A DNA stretch of 64,000 bases from a virus (IMGVR_UViG_2744054709_000002:1-64000), one strand, 5' to 3'. Counted from the first letter of the stretch, positions 1 to 10,113 are shown. Notes: generated by a model not told the origin, from the letters alone. Made by a program: numbers and translations.

Positions 1-52
1 CCATTTATCGCGCGTAAAGCGCGACCTGCCGCATGCGGCCGAAGGAGATATC

Positions 53-748
53 ATGAGCGTCGAACGGAAATCGCTTTGCGGGCAGTTCGCGATTCCAAAA
101 GGGGGCACCACCAATTTTATGCCCTGTATGATCGCCGGTGCCATTCTCATCATGGCCGTGGCGTTTCTGACTGGATGCAGCGCCCGGCCGCAGGTTGCCA
201 CCACGATCCCCCAGGCAATGGCGTCCATACAGGACAGCCTGGCGCGTTCGGGGGCGGTGTCTGTCTCCCATGCAGCATCCTGGACGCCCGAGCAGGCAAC
301 CAGATTTGAGCAGGATGTGCAGGCCGTCCAGTGCTCGCAACAGCGGTCTGATCCCGTGGTGGGGGTTTTGGCTGGCACAGTGACCGGCACCCTGTCTGTG
401 CAGTTCACACAGGGCGCACAGGCAACGGTCGGCGCGCTGACAACGGCACCCACCATCGGGGCAGAACTGAGCGGGAGCCGGACCCGCGGACAATCCCTGA
501 CGGTGCCCCTGTCGTATGCACCGCTGTCCTCCCTGCCTGACGTCGAGATGTCACGGCAAATTGGCTACGAGACGGAGTTGCTCGCCCAAAATGATGACGC
601 GCGGCACCAGGAAGCCGCTCGGCTGATTCAGGACCGGGAAGCGTTGCGAACGCATGTAGTAGATCTGATTGAACACTGGCATGCAGACCAGTGCATCCAG
701 CATGGGACACTTATGCCATTGGTAGGAGAAAGAATATATCCTCGCTAA
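53..748 (+). CDS. Putative lipoprotein
   Basis: AAGGAG RBS; hydrophobic stretch ending in the lipobox LTGC. Confidence 0.65.
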   Translation: MSVERKSLCGQFAIPKGGTTNFMPCMIAGAILIMAVAFLTGCSARPQVATTIPQAMASIQDSLARSGAVSVSHAASWTPEQATRFEQDVQAVQCSQQRSDPVVGVLAGTVTGTLSVQFTQGAQATVGALTTAPTIGAELSGSRTRGQSLTVPLSYAPLSSLPDVEMSRQIGYETELLAQNDDARHQEAARLIQDREALRTHVVDLIEHWHADQCIQHGTLMPLVGERIYPR

Positions 749-882
749 ATCCCCTTTTTCTAATTTTATGACAAAATGCAACAAACGCATAAAAATTTCT
801 TGCGTTCTCAAGGAAAATGCCATCCCATTCATTCGGGACTGAGAATGTTCAGTCCCGCACAACTGCCTAGAAAGGTGGCATT

Positions 883-1098
883 ATGAACCAGTTTCGTATG
901 GTTCCCGGCCAATCTTATGCATTTGCAGATCTTCCCATAGAGGGTGCTTTTGCAAAAGCATTTGCGGCAATGGTAACCAATGAAGGATGGGAAATCGGTG
1001 GAAATCCTATCCATTCGAAACTTCCTCCCGTGAAGCCGGGATGTGTCCGTCTTCATGATATCAAGTGGGTCGGAATAGAACCGAATAGAAAACGGTAA
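883..1098 (+). CDS. Small hypothetical protein (AT-rich moron)
   Basis: 71-aa ORF with AAGGTG RBS in a low-GC island. Confidence 0.45.
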   Translation: MNQFRMVPGQSYAFADLPIEGAFAKAFAAMVTNEGWEIGGNPIHSKLPPVKPGCVRLHDIKWVGIEPNRKR

Positions 1099-1415
1099 TA
1101 TCGGGAAATTCTGGACATCGCTTAGCATCACGTAAATAAAACAAAGTGTTTGCTTTACGTGTAGATCACAGACTCAGCCACGAGCTTCAGTCGTTGAATA
1201 CCGTGAAATTCGGTCGTCTTGCCCCTCTGATGGAACCTTCTGGAAATCGGTTGCGATCATCGGACTGCCATCTGTCAAGAACACATTATTAAATGTATTG
1301 CACTGACAGATACCCTTTTGCACTGCCACTCAGCATATGATGCTGCAGGTATGCCACGATCCCACGACATAAAGTGGGGATGCCCCGTCCAAGATACCTT
1401 GGTCGGGGCTTTCTA

Positions 1416-1793
1416 TTACGATTTTGATGAAGTTTTACTTTCAATCACCTGCCTTAACTTCGTCGGTAAGTGAAGCCGCGTCGGCGTGACAGGAATACCG
1501 CTCTTATCGAGGATCGTGGTCGCGGTCGGCTTCTGCACCCGATCCACCATGACGGCAGTTTTCCCGCGGCGCACCGCGTTGACGGCCCATCCGACGTTGG
1601 CCGCAATGCCATTAATCAGAACGTAGATGATGCCCTCGATACGCGCGCCAGGCGGCGGCGGCTGGATGATGGCGGCCGCAATGGCGCACGCCGCGATCAC
1701 GGTGCATACGGGGGCCACGTACTGCTGCGGCACCTCGTAGAGCAGGATGGAAAATGCGGCGGTAATGGATGCCAGTGACGATGACGGTTTCAT
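1416..1793 (-). CDS. Membrane protein, holin-like lysis accessory
   Basis: Two to three hydrophobic segments and a basic C-terminus; ATGA overlap with the endolysin. Confidence 0.6.
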   Translation of the reverse strand: MKPSSSLASITAAFSILLYEVPQQYVAPVCTVIAACAIAAAIIQPPPPGARIEGIIYVLINGIAANVGWAVNAVRRGKTAVMVDRVQKPTATTILDKSGIPVTPTRLHLPTKLRQVIESKTSSKS

Positions 1794-2431
1794 GATGCAG
1801 CCTTTCGCGCGGCATTGGATAATTGGAACGCACTGGTGACACGGCGCGCGGTGCGCCCCAGCCAGTCAGTGCCGAATTCGGCGAACCCGGCATCCTGCCG
1901 GTAGGCATTGTCCTGTAGCGACCCGAGTGCGCAGATATGCACCAGGTCCAGTGCATCTGCGGCGGCAATGGCCTCCAATGTCACAGGGCCAATAATCCCG
2001 TCAGCTCGTACTCCAAGGGTGGCCTGCAGCCGCATGGCAAAAAGCGGTGCAATCAATCTAGTCGGAGTCAGCGATGACCTGACTTCGGCCAGCTGGCGCA
2101 GGCTCGTTTCCTCGCCTGCGTTGAATGCCTCATCCACCACCATCAGGTTGATACCGGATGGCAGTTCCGCACCGCCGCACGGGGTCCAGAACAGGTCCGC
2201 ATAGATCTGGGAAAACATGCTTTCCGTCAGGCCCCGCATGTCCGCCTCGGTTGGCACGCGGTTCAACCAGCCGCGCAGACACGGCGCGGAAATCCCCATG
2301 TTGGTGCCGATCAAGATGCCCTGCCCGATCGCACCCCCTGTCCAGTTGCCTGGGTCAGCAGGGTTTTTCTGATAACCGCCCTCTTCGTTCAGCGTGAAGT
2401 CAGCACAGAAATCAAAGTCGGTTTCGGGCAT
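1790..2431 (-). CDS. Endolysin, glycoside hydrolase family 108 with peptidoglycan-binding motif
   Basis: EGGY..NPADPG...GTNMGIS motif; LQATLGVRADGIIGPVTL PG-binding motif; GTDWLGR C-terminus. Confidence 0.9.
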   Translation of the reverse strand: MPETDFDFCADFTLNEEGGYQKNPADPGNWTGGAIGQGILIGTNMGISAPCLRGWLNRVPTEADMRGLTESMFSQIYADLFWTPCGGAELPSGINLMVVDEAFNAGEETSLRQLAEVRSSLTPTRLIAPLFAMRLQATLGVRADGIIGPVTLEAIAAADALDLVHICALGSLQDNAYRQDAGFAEFGTDWLGRTARRVTSAFQLSNAARKAAS

Positions 2432-2481
2432 CGTTATTCCTAGAATTGTATGGTTTTTCAGAAACCATATTCAGCTAGGCC

Positions 2482-2496
2482 AGCGTGCCGTCACGA
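2482..2496 (-). promoter_or_regulatory. Late-promoter box upstream of endolysin (TCGTGAcggCACGCT)
   Basis: Matches the motif found before the structural operons. Confidence 0.65.
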
Positions 2497-2585
2497 CCCG
2501 AGGAATAACACATATTCCAACGGGAATGGGTATATTACTGCCATCACGAGGATAATCCGCTTGACGGGATAATCGTTTTCGTATC

Positions 2586-2599
2586 TGGTTATTTAACCA
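2586..2599. promoter_or_regulatory. Putative repressor operator TGGTTA-TT-TAACCA
   Basis: Palindrome repeated at 14434 and 60792; lies downstream of TTGACG (2561) at the head of the early operon. Confidence 0.7.
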
Positions 2600-2619
2600 T
2601 GACGCATATGGAGATAACC

Positions 2620-2826
2620 ATGATGTATGAACGTTCCACAGCCGCTCCCTCTCCGACACAGACCCCTGTGGAGGTTCTGGAAACATTCTGGCGTCGCAAG
2701 AAGATGGAGGCGGAAAATTCCGCATTCCGGACCGGCGTCATCTCTGGAGCAGCGATGGCCGCGGCGCTGGCATGCGGCGTGTGGGCGATCAATATCGCAC
2801 TGCACTACCTGATCGGGACAATCTGA
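2620..2826 (+). CDS. Small membrane-anchored hypothetical protein
   Basis: GGAG RBS; C-terminal hydrophobic helix. Confidence 0.6.
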   Translation: MMYERSTAAPSPTQTPVEVLETFWRRKKMEAENSAFRTGVISGAAMAAALACGVWAINIALHYLIGTI

Positions 2827-2836
2827 GGTGGAGAAC

Positions 2837-3184
2837 ATGGCCCGTGGTGCGGACACACACTGCGCTCTGTTTGAAATTCTCCACCACGGTTATCTGGGTG
2901 GCGACGCTTCTGGAATCGCTACCGTTCGACAGTGGTGCGTATTTCTTTGCGCCGATCGCGAGGAGTTTGTGCGCAACATCGCAAAGGCGGTCGGGATCAG
3001 CAAAGGGGCGGCCGTTCGCGCGATTGATGCGCTGGTGGCCGAGGGACTGGTCGAACGTGAGATGAATGCGGCCGATAGGCGTTCGCCATTTATCCGCGTC
3101 ACCGCCAAAGGGGCACGCGTCATCGCATCCGCGCGCAAGCGCCTGGACGCCATCCTTGGGCGCCAGATGGATAACCGTCGATAA
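2837..3184 (+). CDS. MarR-like winged-helix DNA-binding protein
   Basis: IAKAVGISKGAAVRAIDALVAEGLVER...DRR....VTAKG pattern. Confidence 0.85.
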   Translation: MARGADTHCALFEILHHGYLGGDASGIATVRQWCVFLCADREEFVRNIAKAVGISKGAAVRAIDALVAEGLVEREMNAADRRSPFIRVTAKGARVIASARKRLDAILGRQMDNRR

Positions 3185-3210
3185 TCGTTATTCTCGCGGG
3201 TAAACCAAAA

Positions 3211-3951
3211 ATGGAATTTTCCAGCACCAGATTGCGGGGCGATGCGACAAGGCCGCATGCGACCCAGCCGTGGAAACAGACCTATACGGGCATGAAGTTC
3301 GATCTGCTCGATCCTCGGCCCGAGCAGGTGCGTCTGATGGATATCGGTGTGCATCTTTCTCGCACATCGCGTTTCAATGGCGCGACGACGGTTGAAAGTT
3401 GGAGCGTCGCGCAGCATTCGCTGCTTGTGCGTGACATCCTCCTGCAGCTTTATCCTGATGCGGGGCCGATAGTTCAGATCTATGCCCTGCTGCACGACGC
3501 GCATGAGGCCTATACGGGTGACATCACCACTCCGATGAAAATGGCTATCCGCGCAGTCCTGCGCTCGGCCGGCCGGTCCGATGATCCCGTCGAGATCCTC
3601 CAGCACCGGATACAGAAGGCAGTCCACAGACATTTCCGCCTGCCGGAAATGGCCAGCGTTTCCATCATGGAACGTGTGCACCGGGCCGACATGTATGCGC
3701 TGTCGTGCGAAAAAGAGGCGTTTATGGGTCCGTCACCGGACAGTTGGGGCAATCTGGCCCCGGTCATCCGGGGTGCCGTTCCGGAGCCTCTGGGTGCGGA
3801 GGATAGCGCCATCCTGTTCATCAGGGCTGTGCGCGAATGCCTGGAGGCTCTGGGACTGCTCATTTTCTGTGAGGTCGATGACCAGTGTTCCGTCCTGGTG
3901 GCGGAAATGGAGGGTGCAAAGTGCGAAAGGGACAATCGTGAACTGGCCTGA
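3211..3951 (+). CDS. HD-domain phosphohydrolase (YfbR/YfdR-like)
   Basis: RFNG...WSVAQHS, LLHDAHEAYTGDI.TP.K and AD...L..E motifs. Confidence 0.9.
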   Translation: MEFSSTRLRGDATRPHATQPWKQTYTGMKFDLLDPRPEQVRLMDIGVHLSRTSRFNGATTVESWSVAQHSLLVRDILLQLYPDAGPIVQIYALLHDAHEAYTGDITTPMKMAIRAVLRSAGRSDDPVEILQHRIQKAVHRHFRLPEMASVSIMERVHRADMYALSCEKEAFMGPSPDSWGNLAPVIRGAVPEPLGAEDSAILFIRAVRECLEALGLLIFCEVDDQCSVLVAEMEGAKCERDNRELA

Positions 3952-4507
3952 TCGCATCGACAATTATTGCGCCGTCACCGGGTTCCCGCGGTCGCTGTTC
4001 GTGGATGGGACGGGCCGCGTGGTCGGCACGTGGATCATGGGGGCCGATTATCGTGTCTCCAGCGGGTATTATGGGGGATATCCGGCGGGATACCTGAAAC
4101 GGGTCCGCGCGCTGTTCCCCGATAAACGCAGCACCCTGCACCTGTTCAGTGGATGCGTGGATCTGGCTGCGTTCCCCGGTGATACCGTGGATATCAATCC
4201 GGACCGCTCCCCGACGTATGTCGATTGCGCGCAAACCCTGACGAACGTGCCGCTGCACGAATATGACCTCGTGCTGGCGGACCCGCCATATTCGGTTGAG
4301 GACTGCGAGCATTACGGCACCACCATGGTCAAGCGGAACCTCGTCATGCGCGCGCTGCAGCGGCTGCCGTCAGGGGCGCATATCGTATGGCTGGACCAGG
4401 TGCTCCCAATGTTCCGAAAGGATCATTTCACGGTCGAGGCGACCATTGGGATGTGGAAAAGCACCAACCACCGCTTTCGCGGAATAACAGTATTCCGCCG
4501 TCTCTGA
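3938..4507 (+). CDS. Small amino-methyltransferase-like protein (probable DNA adenine MTase)
   Basis: LHLFSG SAM-binding motif and ADPPY catalytic motif; GTG start overlapping the upstream gene. Confidence 0.75.
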   Translation: MNWPDRIDNYCAVTGFPRSLFVDGTGRVVGTWIMGADYRVSSGYYGGYPAGYLKRVRALFPDKRSTLHLFSGCVDLAAFPGDTVDINPDRSPTYVDCAQTLTNVPLHEYDLVLADPPYSVEDCEHYGTTMVKRNLVMRALQRLPSGAHIVWLDQVLPMFRKDHFTVEATIGMWKSTNHRFRGITVFRRL

Positions 4508-4633
4508 ACAAGTATCCGTAGGTATGACGGAAATACTCAAATGTATTCGAACGCCATAGCGGATTGGCCGTGTGACGGATGCCCGCGCGCATGCGCCGCA
4601 TGGCCAATCAGGGCCAGCATGACGGAGAATTTC

Positions 4634-4993
4634 ATGAGTGCAGAAAGGGGAGCCGCCACGTCGTTTTCCCAGCTGGTCGCCCAGGTTGAGGACGGTCAGT
4701 TCAATCACGACGCCGGGGATGCCATCCAGGACCTCGTCGCCGCGATGAGTGATGCGGCCATGTCCAAAAATGGCCGCAGCAAGGGAAAAATTGCGATCAC
4801 GATCGGCTTCGAACTGGAAGGCGGCGTCATCACGACGACGACCGATTTCAAGGTGACGAAGCCGCGCATGGCGCGTGCGAAATCCGTGTTCTGGGCCACG
4901 CCCGAGAACCACCTGACCAGGCGCAACCCGCGCCAGCAGGAAATGGAACTGCGTGAAGTTCCGACTTCATCATCACCCATCAGGAACGTATAA
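4634..4993 (+). CDS. Phage protein (YfdP-like partner of DUF2303)
   Basis: KGKIAITI...FWATPENHLTRRNPRQ pattern; position directly before DUF2303. Confidence 0.65.
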   Translation: MSAERGAATSFSQLVAQVEDGQFNHDAGDAIQDLVAAMSDAAMSKNGRSKGKIAITIGFELEGGVITTTTDFKVTKPRMARAKSVFWATPENHLTRRNPRQQEMELREVPTSSSPIRNV

Positions 4994-5961
4994 TGTCTGA
5001 AAAAACTCCCGAAAAAATCGCCGCCGTCGATAATTCCGGCGCCGCCGTCGTGCGCGATATCATGCCGGCCGCCATTGGCCCCAAGGGTATGATGGTGGAT
5101 CGTGGTACTGATGCGAGCGCGGTGGTCCTCTCGGTTCCGGACGGCGTGAAGCTGCATTCGGTCAAGGCGTTTCTGGACGAAAACCGGATTGTGCCCGAAC
5201 GGCGCAAGGGCACTGCGGTGTTCACCGACGTTCCGTCGTTCTGTGCCCATGCATTACGTTTCCAGGCGGTAAACAGCGTCATTTTCGCGAATGATGACCG
5301 CGAAAACCCGTCCATGATGTCCGTCCTCGATTATCATGAGGCCGGCCCTGACGAGCGCACCGGCACGCATAACTGCGAACATCGTGGCCTGTACCGATTC
5401 CCCCTGTCTGATGAATGGAAGGCATGGCAGGCGTTTGAAAAGCGCGGTTATGTCAGCATCACCGATTTTGCCGAATTCATCGAAAACCGGCTTCTGGACG
5501 TGATGGAGCCGATTTCCTCCACGCCGGTGGATGGCGAAAGCCCGCTGGACGCCGCAATGCGCGAGACCGTGGCCAAGCTGGGCGGGAACCTCGCTGATTC
5601 ACACAGGCTGCTGGAACTGTCCCGCGGGCTGAAGGTGCACGAGAACAGCCGGGTGGCGCAGGCGGTCAATCTGTCCAGCGGCGAGGGGCAGATGGTTTTC
5701 CAGACCGAGCATGCGGATGAGAAGGGCGAGCCGCTCAAGGTTCCGAACCTGTTTCTGATCGCGATCCCAGTATTCGCCAACGACGCGGCGTATCGACTGC
5801 TGGTGCGCCTGCGGTACCGCCTGCGCGGAGGTTCGGTGACCTGGGCTGTGGAGCGCTATCGCGCGGATGTCGCGTTTGACGATGCGTTCGCGGGTGTCCT
5901 GTTGCAGGCCAGTGGAACGACACAGATGCCCGTGATGCGGGGCAAGCCCGAAATTTCCTGA
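4993..5961 (+). CDS. DUF2303 (YfdQ-like) phage protein
   Basis: VLDYH, S.EWKAW, FAEFIE and IAIPVF....RLRYR motifs. Confidence 0.85.
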   Translation: MSEKTPEKIAAVDNSGAAVVRDIMPAAIGPKGMMVDRGTDASAVVLSVPDGVKLHSVKAFLDENRIVPERRKGTAVFTDVPSFCAHALRFQAVNSVIFANDDRENPSMMSVLDYHEAGPDERTGTHNCEHRGLYRFPLSDEWKAWQAFEKRGYVSITDFAEFIENRLLDVMEPISSTPVDGESPLDAAMRETVAKLGGNLADSHRLLELSRGLKVHENSRVAQAVNLSSGEGQMVFQTEHADEKGEPLKVPNLFLIAIPVFANDAAYRLLVRLRYRLRGGSVTWAVERYRADVAFDDAFAGVLLQASGTTQMPVMRGKPEIS

Positions 5962-6017
5962 CCTTCCCGCCACCATGCTTCCCCGGGTGACCGGGGAAGC
6001 AGCACCGGAATGATGCC

Positions 6018-6197
6018 ATGACGTTTGATTCCTTTCTGATTTTCGTCAAAGAACTGGTTTTCATACGCTCCGCCACGGACATGTCGGCCCGTGCCGATAT
6101 GGAGGATGCCTGCCGGACCTGCTTTACCCAGCGGATGTCCATCTCCGATACCGCGAACCATCTCATCGAGATGGACCAGGTGGAGGAAGCGGCATGA
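6018..6197 (+). CDS. Hypothetical protein, 59 aa (below the ORF-track cutoff)
   Basis: Open frame MTFDSFLIFVK...VEEAA ending in an ATGA overlap with the next gene. Confidence 0.55.
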   Translation: MTFDSFLIFVKELVFIRSATDMSARADMEDACRTCFTQRMSISDTANHLIEMDQVEEAA

Positions 6198-6781
6198 AAA
6201 CCGCAAACCTGACGCACGAACGCCTGGATGCCGCCGATAAGGGTAATTCCCGCCGGTTACCGGATGTGCCCGAAAACAATGGCTGGCCTGGTGAGTTGGG
6301 AAAGCCGGAAAATCCCCACATTGACGGACGACATTGGGTCGCGGCCATACGCAAGGCCTGCGTGGGTGTGCCCTTCCCGATTACATGGTCGGTTCAGACT
6401 GGCTGGGGAGGTTTTGATTATACGGCGGCCGAGTTTGGAGCACGTTACGTCTACCATGGCGCGGTGCTGACTCCATCGCAGGTGCGTGAGTTGGTGCAGG
6501 AAGTGCGCCAGTCTGCCTATGCCGCTGGCCGTGCATCACTGGCCCATACGTCAAAGGGAGACGTGGCAGATGCGATGCAATGGAGACGTGTATCTGTCCT
6601 GATGCCGGCCGAGGATTGGTTTGAGGACGAGGGCGACGTGCTTTGGCATCGCCCTGACGAATACGGGCAGCTATGCGAGGCGCCTGTCGTCGCACACCCA
6701 TTATCCAGCGATTGGGATGACGACGACATGGCCCCGTACACGTTGTGGTCGCGGATTCCGAACATCGTGCAGAGGCCGTAG
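6194..6781 (+). CDS. Hypothetical phage protein
   Basis: Coupled ORF in the early operon with GGAGG RBS. Confidence 0.7.
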   Translation: MKTANLTHERLDAADKGNSRRLPDVPENNGWPGELGKPENPHIDGRHWVAAIRKACVGVPFPITWSVQTGWGGFDYTAAEFGARYVYHGAVLTPSQVRELVQEVRQSAYAAGRASLAHTSKGDVADAMQWRRVSVLMPAEDWFEDEGDVLWHRPDEYGQLCEAPVVAHPLSSDWDDDDMAPYTLWSRIPNIVQRP

Positions 6782-6785
6782 CGCC

Positions 6786-7157
6786 ATGGCCCTGCCCATT
6801 CCATTTTGCCAGCATTTCGCGGATCGCCTGTTCGAACGGTACGGTATCGCGCTGCGCGCGGGGGAATACGAGGATCTGTTCATACAGATCCGGGACCGGC
6901 GGGGCCTATTCCTCAACCGGCTGGACCGCTCTGGGTCCGAAATATGGCGCATCACGCATACGCGGACCGACATCGAGGTGGATGTCGTTTGGAGCCCCAG
7001 AAGCCGAAAGATAGTCACATGCGCGCCGCCGGGCACATGGGTGCAGGTCGGGGGTGTGTGGATCAACCAGGCACTCGGAGATGCCGTGCCCGACGCCCTG
7101 ACGTCGCGCCTGCGGTTCAACCTGAACCGCAAGAGAAGGAAAAGCCAATATGTGTAG
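6786..7157 (+). CDS. Hypothetical protein, possible RNase-like (BECR) fold
   Basis: H...R..ERYGI and VVW....KIVT pattern. Confidence 0.55.
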   Translation: MALPIPFCQHFADRLFERYGIALRAGEYEDLFIQIRDRRGLFLNRLDRSGSEIWRITHTRTDIEVDVVWSPRSRKIVTCAPPGTWVQVGGVWINQALGDAVPDALTSRLRFNLNRKRRKSQYV

Positions 7158-7851
7158 CAGCACAACGGATCGGGTGATGCTGGCCGCCGTCCTGAGCGAA
7201 GAAGATATTGCCCGGATCGCCTGCGCCATGTCGCCTGCAGGTGAGTCGGCTTGGTCCGACACGGAGAAAGCATTGTACATGCAGCTGGCCCGCAAGGCGG
7301 CTGAGGAAGTGGTCGGGCTTGGTTCTCCTATCCCGCCGTACGCAGACGTGGAGACAGTCGCCTATGCGATCTGCTCCACAGTAAATGGAAAAGCTCTTGC
7401 CGCCAGTGAGCGCAAATCTTTTGCCGAAGAACTGGCGCAGAACGTTAAAACACCATGCGCCGTTGTTCCCCTCGTCCGCCGCATCGACATGGAAACGCAG
7501 ATTGCAGCCTGCCGTGTGGATACCTTTTCCTACCATACAGCCAATGTGCGCGCAGCTGATGCGCTGCCAATGCCGCGCTTTGAAATGATGTTTGAGGAGG
7601 GAGACGCGCCCGGCAGTGTTATGCGGGTTCTAGCGTACCTTGGCATCGAAAGTCGCTTGGTCGAGAATGATTGGGAAGATGTCCTCAATGGTGACAGTCT
7701 GGACCTCGCTACTGTGGAGGCTCTCCCGGTTCCTGATTTCGTACGCAACAGCCAGTGGAAAATGGTCAGTGCCTGGGACACCGAAGATGGGACAATCATC
7801 AGGCAATACGTGCGTCCGCTGGTGAAAGCGGAGGGCGGAAATGGTGTTTGA
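7150..7851 (+). CDS. Hypothetical phage protein
   Basis: Overlapping ORF in the operon. Confidence 0.7.
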   Translation: MCSSTTDRVMLAAVLSEEDIARIACAMSPAGESAWSDTEKALYMQLARKAAEEVVGLGSPIPPYADVETVAYAICSTVNGKALAASERKSFAEELAQNVKTPCAVVPLVRRIDMETQIAACRVDTFSYHTANVRAADALPMPRFEMMFEEGDAPGSVMRVLAYLGIESRLVENDWEDVLNGDSLDLATVEALPVPDFVRNSQWKMVSAWDTEDGTIIRQYVRPLVKAEGGNGV

Positions 7852-8377
7852 TCGTGCTTCTCCTCAACAGAATTCACGGGTTGTGTTTCCCCATTTGAAA
7901 TACGGCAGCACGATTGCGGAAACGTCTGTGCGCCTGCGCAAGGCATGGCGCGTCAGCGTTAAAGGCCACGATGGCGAGAACGCCTATTTTGCCCATACTG
8001 CCGGGCATGCGCGGATGGACTGTTGGCGTGCAATGGATTGCGATCACGGTCGGATCATCGATATCCGCGTCCGAAGATGGCCCGAGAAAGATCAGAAATT
8101 ACCGGAGCAGGATCCTATTGCCGACACTCTTTCTACAGAGGAAAGGGGATGTTTGGTGCATGCCTTTGGCCTGAACGAATACGAACCGTGGAAGTCTGGC
8201 TACCGCGACTATTTCTTCACGTCCTCCAAAAATGAAACCCTTTTAGGGCTGGTGAAAAAAGGTCTCATGCATCCGGGCAAAGCACCGTGCTGGGAAGATA
8301 CGAATGTGTATTTCCGCCTGACTGCCTTGGGTAAGCACGTCGCGCTTTCGCTCGTCCCTCTATATGGAGCGAGATAG
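7841..8377 (+). CDS. Hypothetical phage protein (winged-helix-like C-terminus)
   Basis: Overlapping ORF; LVKKGLM...YFRLTALG. Confidence 0.7.
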   Translation: MVFDRASPQQNSRVVFPHLKYGSTIAETSVRLRKAWRVSVKGHDGENAYFAHTAGHARMDCWRAMDCDHGRIIDIRVRRWPEKDQKLPEQDPIADTLSTEERGCLVHAFGLNEYEPWKSGYRDYFFTSSKNETLLGLVKKGLMHPGKAPCWEDTNVYFRLTALGKHVALSLVPLYGAR

Positions 8378-8861
8378 CATCATGAGCGATGTAACCGAAC
8401 TGATGCGTGTCGCCATGCGGGCTGATCCTGAAATGACGGAACGGGAGAAGGATGCCGTACGCCGTGCGTTCCGGGCCTTGATCGCAGACGATTACCTCAT
8501 CGAACACAAATCGCTGGCATGCTGGAACCGAGATGGCGCAGGTTACGAAGAACTGCCAGTTCCACGCCTTCAGCTTCGATGGACAGACAGTGGGACCATC
8601 TGTCATTACGAACTGATCCTGCGGCTTCAGAGCGGCGATATCAGACGCGAAGTGGGCGATGAGAAGCGCAGTTGCTTTATGGCCATTCCCATGGGCTGGA
8701 CAAGATGTTCTTCGCCGGTGGAACACGGGCCTGACGGACAAATCCGGACGCCATATCGGGATGGCTGTCACATCAAATGGGATGCGGCGCAGCTGGGGCT
8801 TCCTGCTTATGTAGTCTGGAGAAGAGAGGTCCGGGTTCTTGAAAAGGTCAGCATGTCATGA
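8364..8861 (+). CDS. Hypothetical phage protein
   Basis: Overlapping ORF; start could be 8382. Confidence 0.7.
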   Translation: MERDSIMSDVTELMRVAMRADPEMTEREKDAVRRAFRALIADDYLIEHKSLACWNRDGAGYEELPVPRLQLRWTDSGTICHYELILRLQSGDIRREVGDEKRSCFMAIPMGWTRCSSPVEHGPDGQIRTPYRDGCHIKWDAAQLGLPAYVVWRREVRVLEKVSMS

Positions 8862-9601
8862 CGCAGCGACCCGTAATAGAAACCGTATTGTCCCCATGCG
8901 AAAAAACGCTGGCGTACCTCGCAAAAGGAAACTGGAGCGCGAAGGCCATCATCCAGGCCGTTAAAAACCATGATGGAACAGAGCTGCCGTCTGATGCGGC
9001 TGTTGCCTATATCAAGGCCGGTCTGGAATGTTGGCATGGCTGTGGTTTTTATCACGACCGTGCAACGCGCGGTGATGGCCATCTCAAGCATTGCGAAGGC
9101 GATGACGAAAGTTGGGCCTGGAACTTTCGTTCCGGCGTCGATTACACGATCTTGCCAAAGCCTGGTGTGGCATTGGCAGACCTCGATGTAGGGATGTCTG
9201 ATCCCCGGATTATTGAGATCGTCGGTGCTGCCCTCGGCAGGACATCCGTTTATGAAACTCCCAAGCATCAGAATGAGCATGCTCTCGAATTGATGGGAAT
9301 ATTGCGCCTTCGTGGATATGAAGTGGTGGCGCAGAAGAACCCGTGGAACCCTATTGAGACTGCCAAAAAAAATGGCAGTCCGGTCCTCGCGAAAATCCAT
9401 GACGATTTGTTCCCGCGCGTCAGGCCTGACAGAGCCGATCTGAAGACGTGGAACGGCCGTGTAATCGAGGTCGCGCACCCCGGCATTCTGTCCGACGGTC
9501 TGGATGTTGGCTGGGGAATGGTCGCGCCTGTCGGGCACGGAGGTTTTCCTGACGATTGGTTCGCGGGCTGGATAGCTGTTCCTCTGAGCACTGAGGCATG
9601 A
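8858..9601 (+). CDS. Hypothetical phage protein with C-terminal W-x-PIETA domain
   Basis: ATGA-coupled at both ends; WNPIETAKKNG motif common in phage early proteins. Confidence 0.7.
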   Translation: MTQRPVIETVLSPCEKTLAYLAKGNWSAKAIIQAVKNHDGTELPSDAAVAYIKAGLECWHGCGFYHDRATRGDGHLKHCEGDDESWAWNFRSGVDYTILPKPGVALADLDVGMSDPRIIEIVGAALGRTSVYETPKHQNEHALELMGILRLRGYEVVAQKNPWNPIETAKKNGSPVLAKIHDDLFPRVRPDRADLKTWNGRVIEVAHPGILSDGLDVGWGMVAPVGHGGFPDDWFAGWIAVPLSTEA

Positions 9602-10113
9602 CAAAGCCATACCACGCCATGACGGGACGGTCAGACGAGTGGTTTACGCCCCCGGAAATTTTTGAGGCACTGGGAGAGACATTTGATCTGGATGTTTCCC
9701 AGCCCGAAACCGGCCGGGAATATTTGTCCGTGCCATGCCGTCGGTTTCTGACCATGAAAAACGATGGCCTTTCCAGTGCATGGGATGGGTTCGTCTGGAT
9801 GAATCCCCCATTTGGGGCGCGCAATGGCGTCGTGCCATGGCTGGCGCGCTTCATGCGCCACGGGAATGGGATTGCCTGCGTATATGCGCGGACCAGTGCT
9901 GGCTGGTTCCACGATTGCACGCCCAAAGCCGATGCGATGCTTTTCCCCCGGGGCAAGACAAAATTCATCAGGCCGGATGGCTCGCGTGGGAACGCGCCAG
10001 GCGATGGCATTGTGCTGATCGGGATGGGGAAACGGGCTGTTTCTGCATTGGCGCGCGCTCAGAAAGCAGGGCTCGGAATCACAGTGAAAATTTATAGAAA
10101 GGATACCGTCTGA
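9598..10113 (+). CDS. Phage DNA N6-adenine methyltransferase (phage Dam family)
   Basis: DEWFTP, FDLD, DGL...W and WMNPPF motifs. Confidence 0.9.
   Translation: MTKPYHAMTGRSDEWFTPPEIFEALGETFDLDVSQPETGREYLSVPCRRFLTMKNDGLSSAWDGFVWMNPPFGARNGVVPWLARFMRHGNGIACVYARTSAGWFHDCTPKADAMLFPRGKTKFIRPDGSRGNAPGDGIVLIGMGKRAVSALARAQKAGLGITVKIYRKDTV

Noticed and set aside
2451-2467. TGGTTT-N5-AAACCA as a fourth repressor operator
   Set aside because: Half-site spacing is 3 nt longer than in the three 14-bp operators; it may simply be a hairpin in the endolysin leader
3581-3937. N-terminal extension of the DPPY methyltransferase ORF
   Set aside because: Overlaps the HD gene out of frame; GTG 3938 with an upstream AAGGGA is the more plausible start
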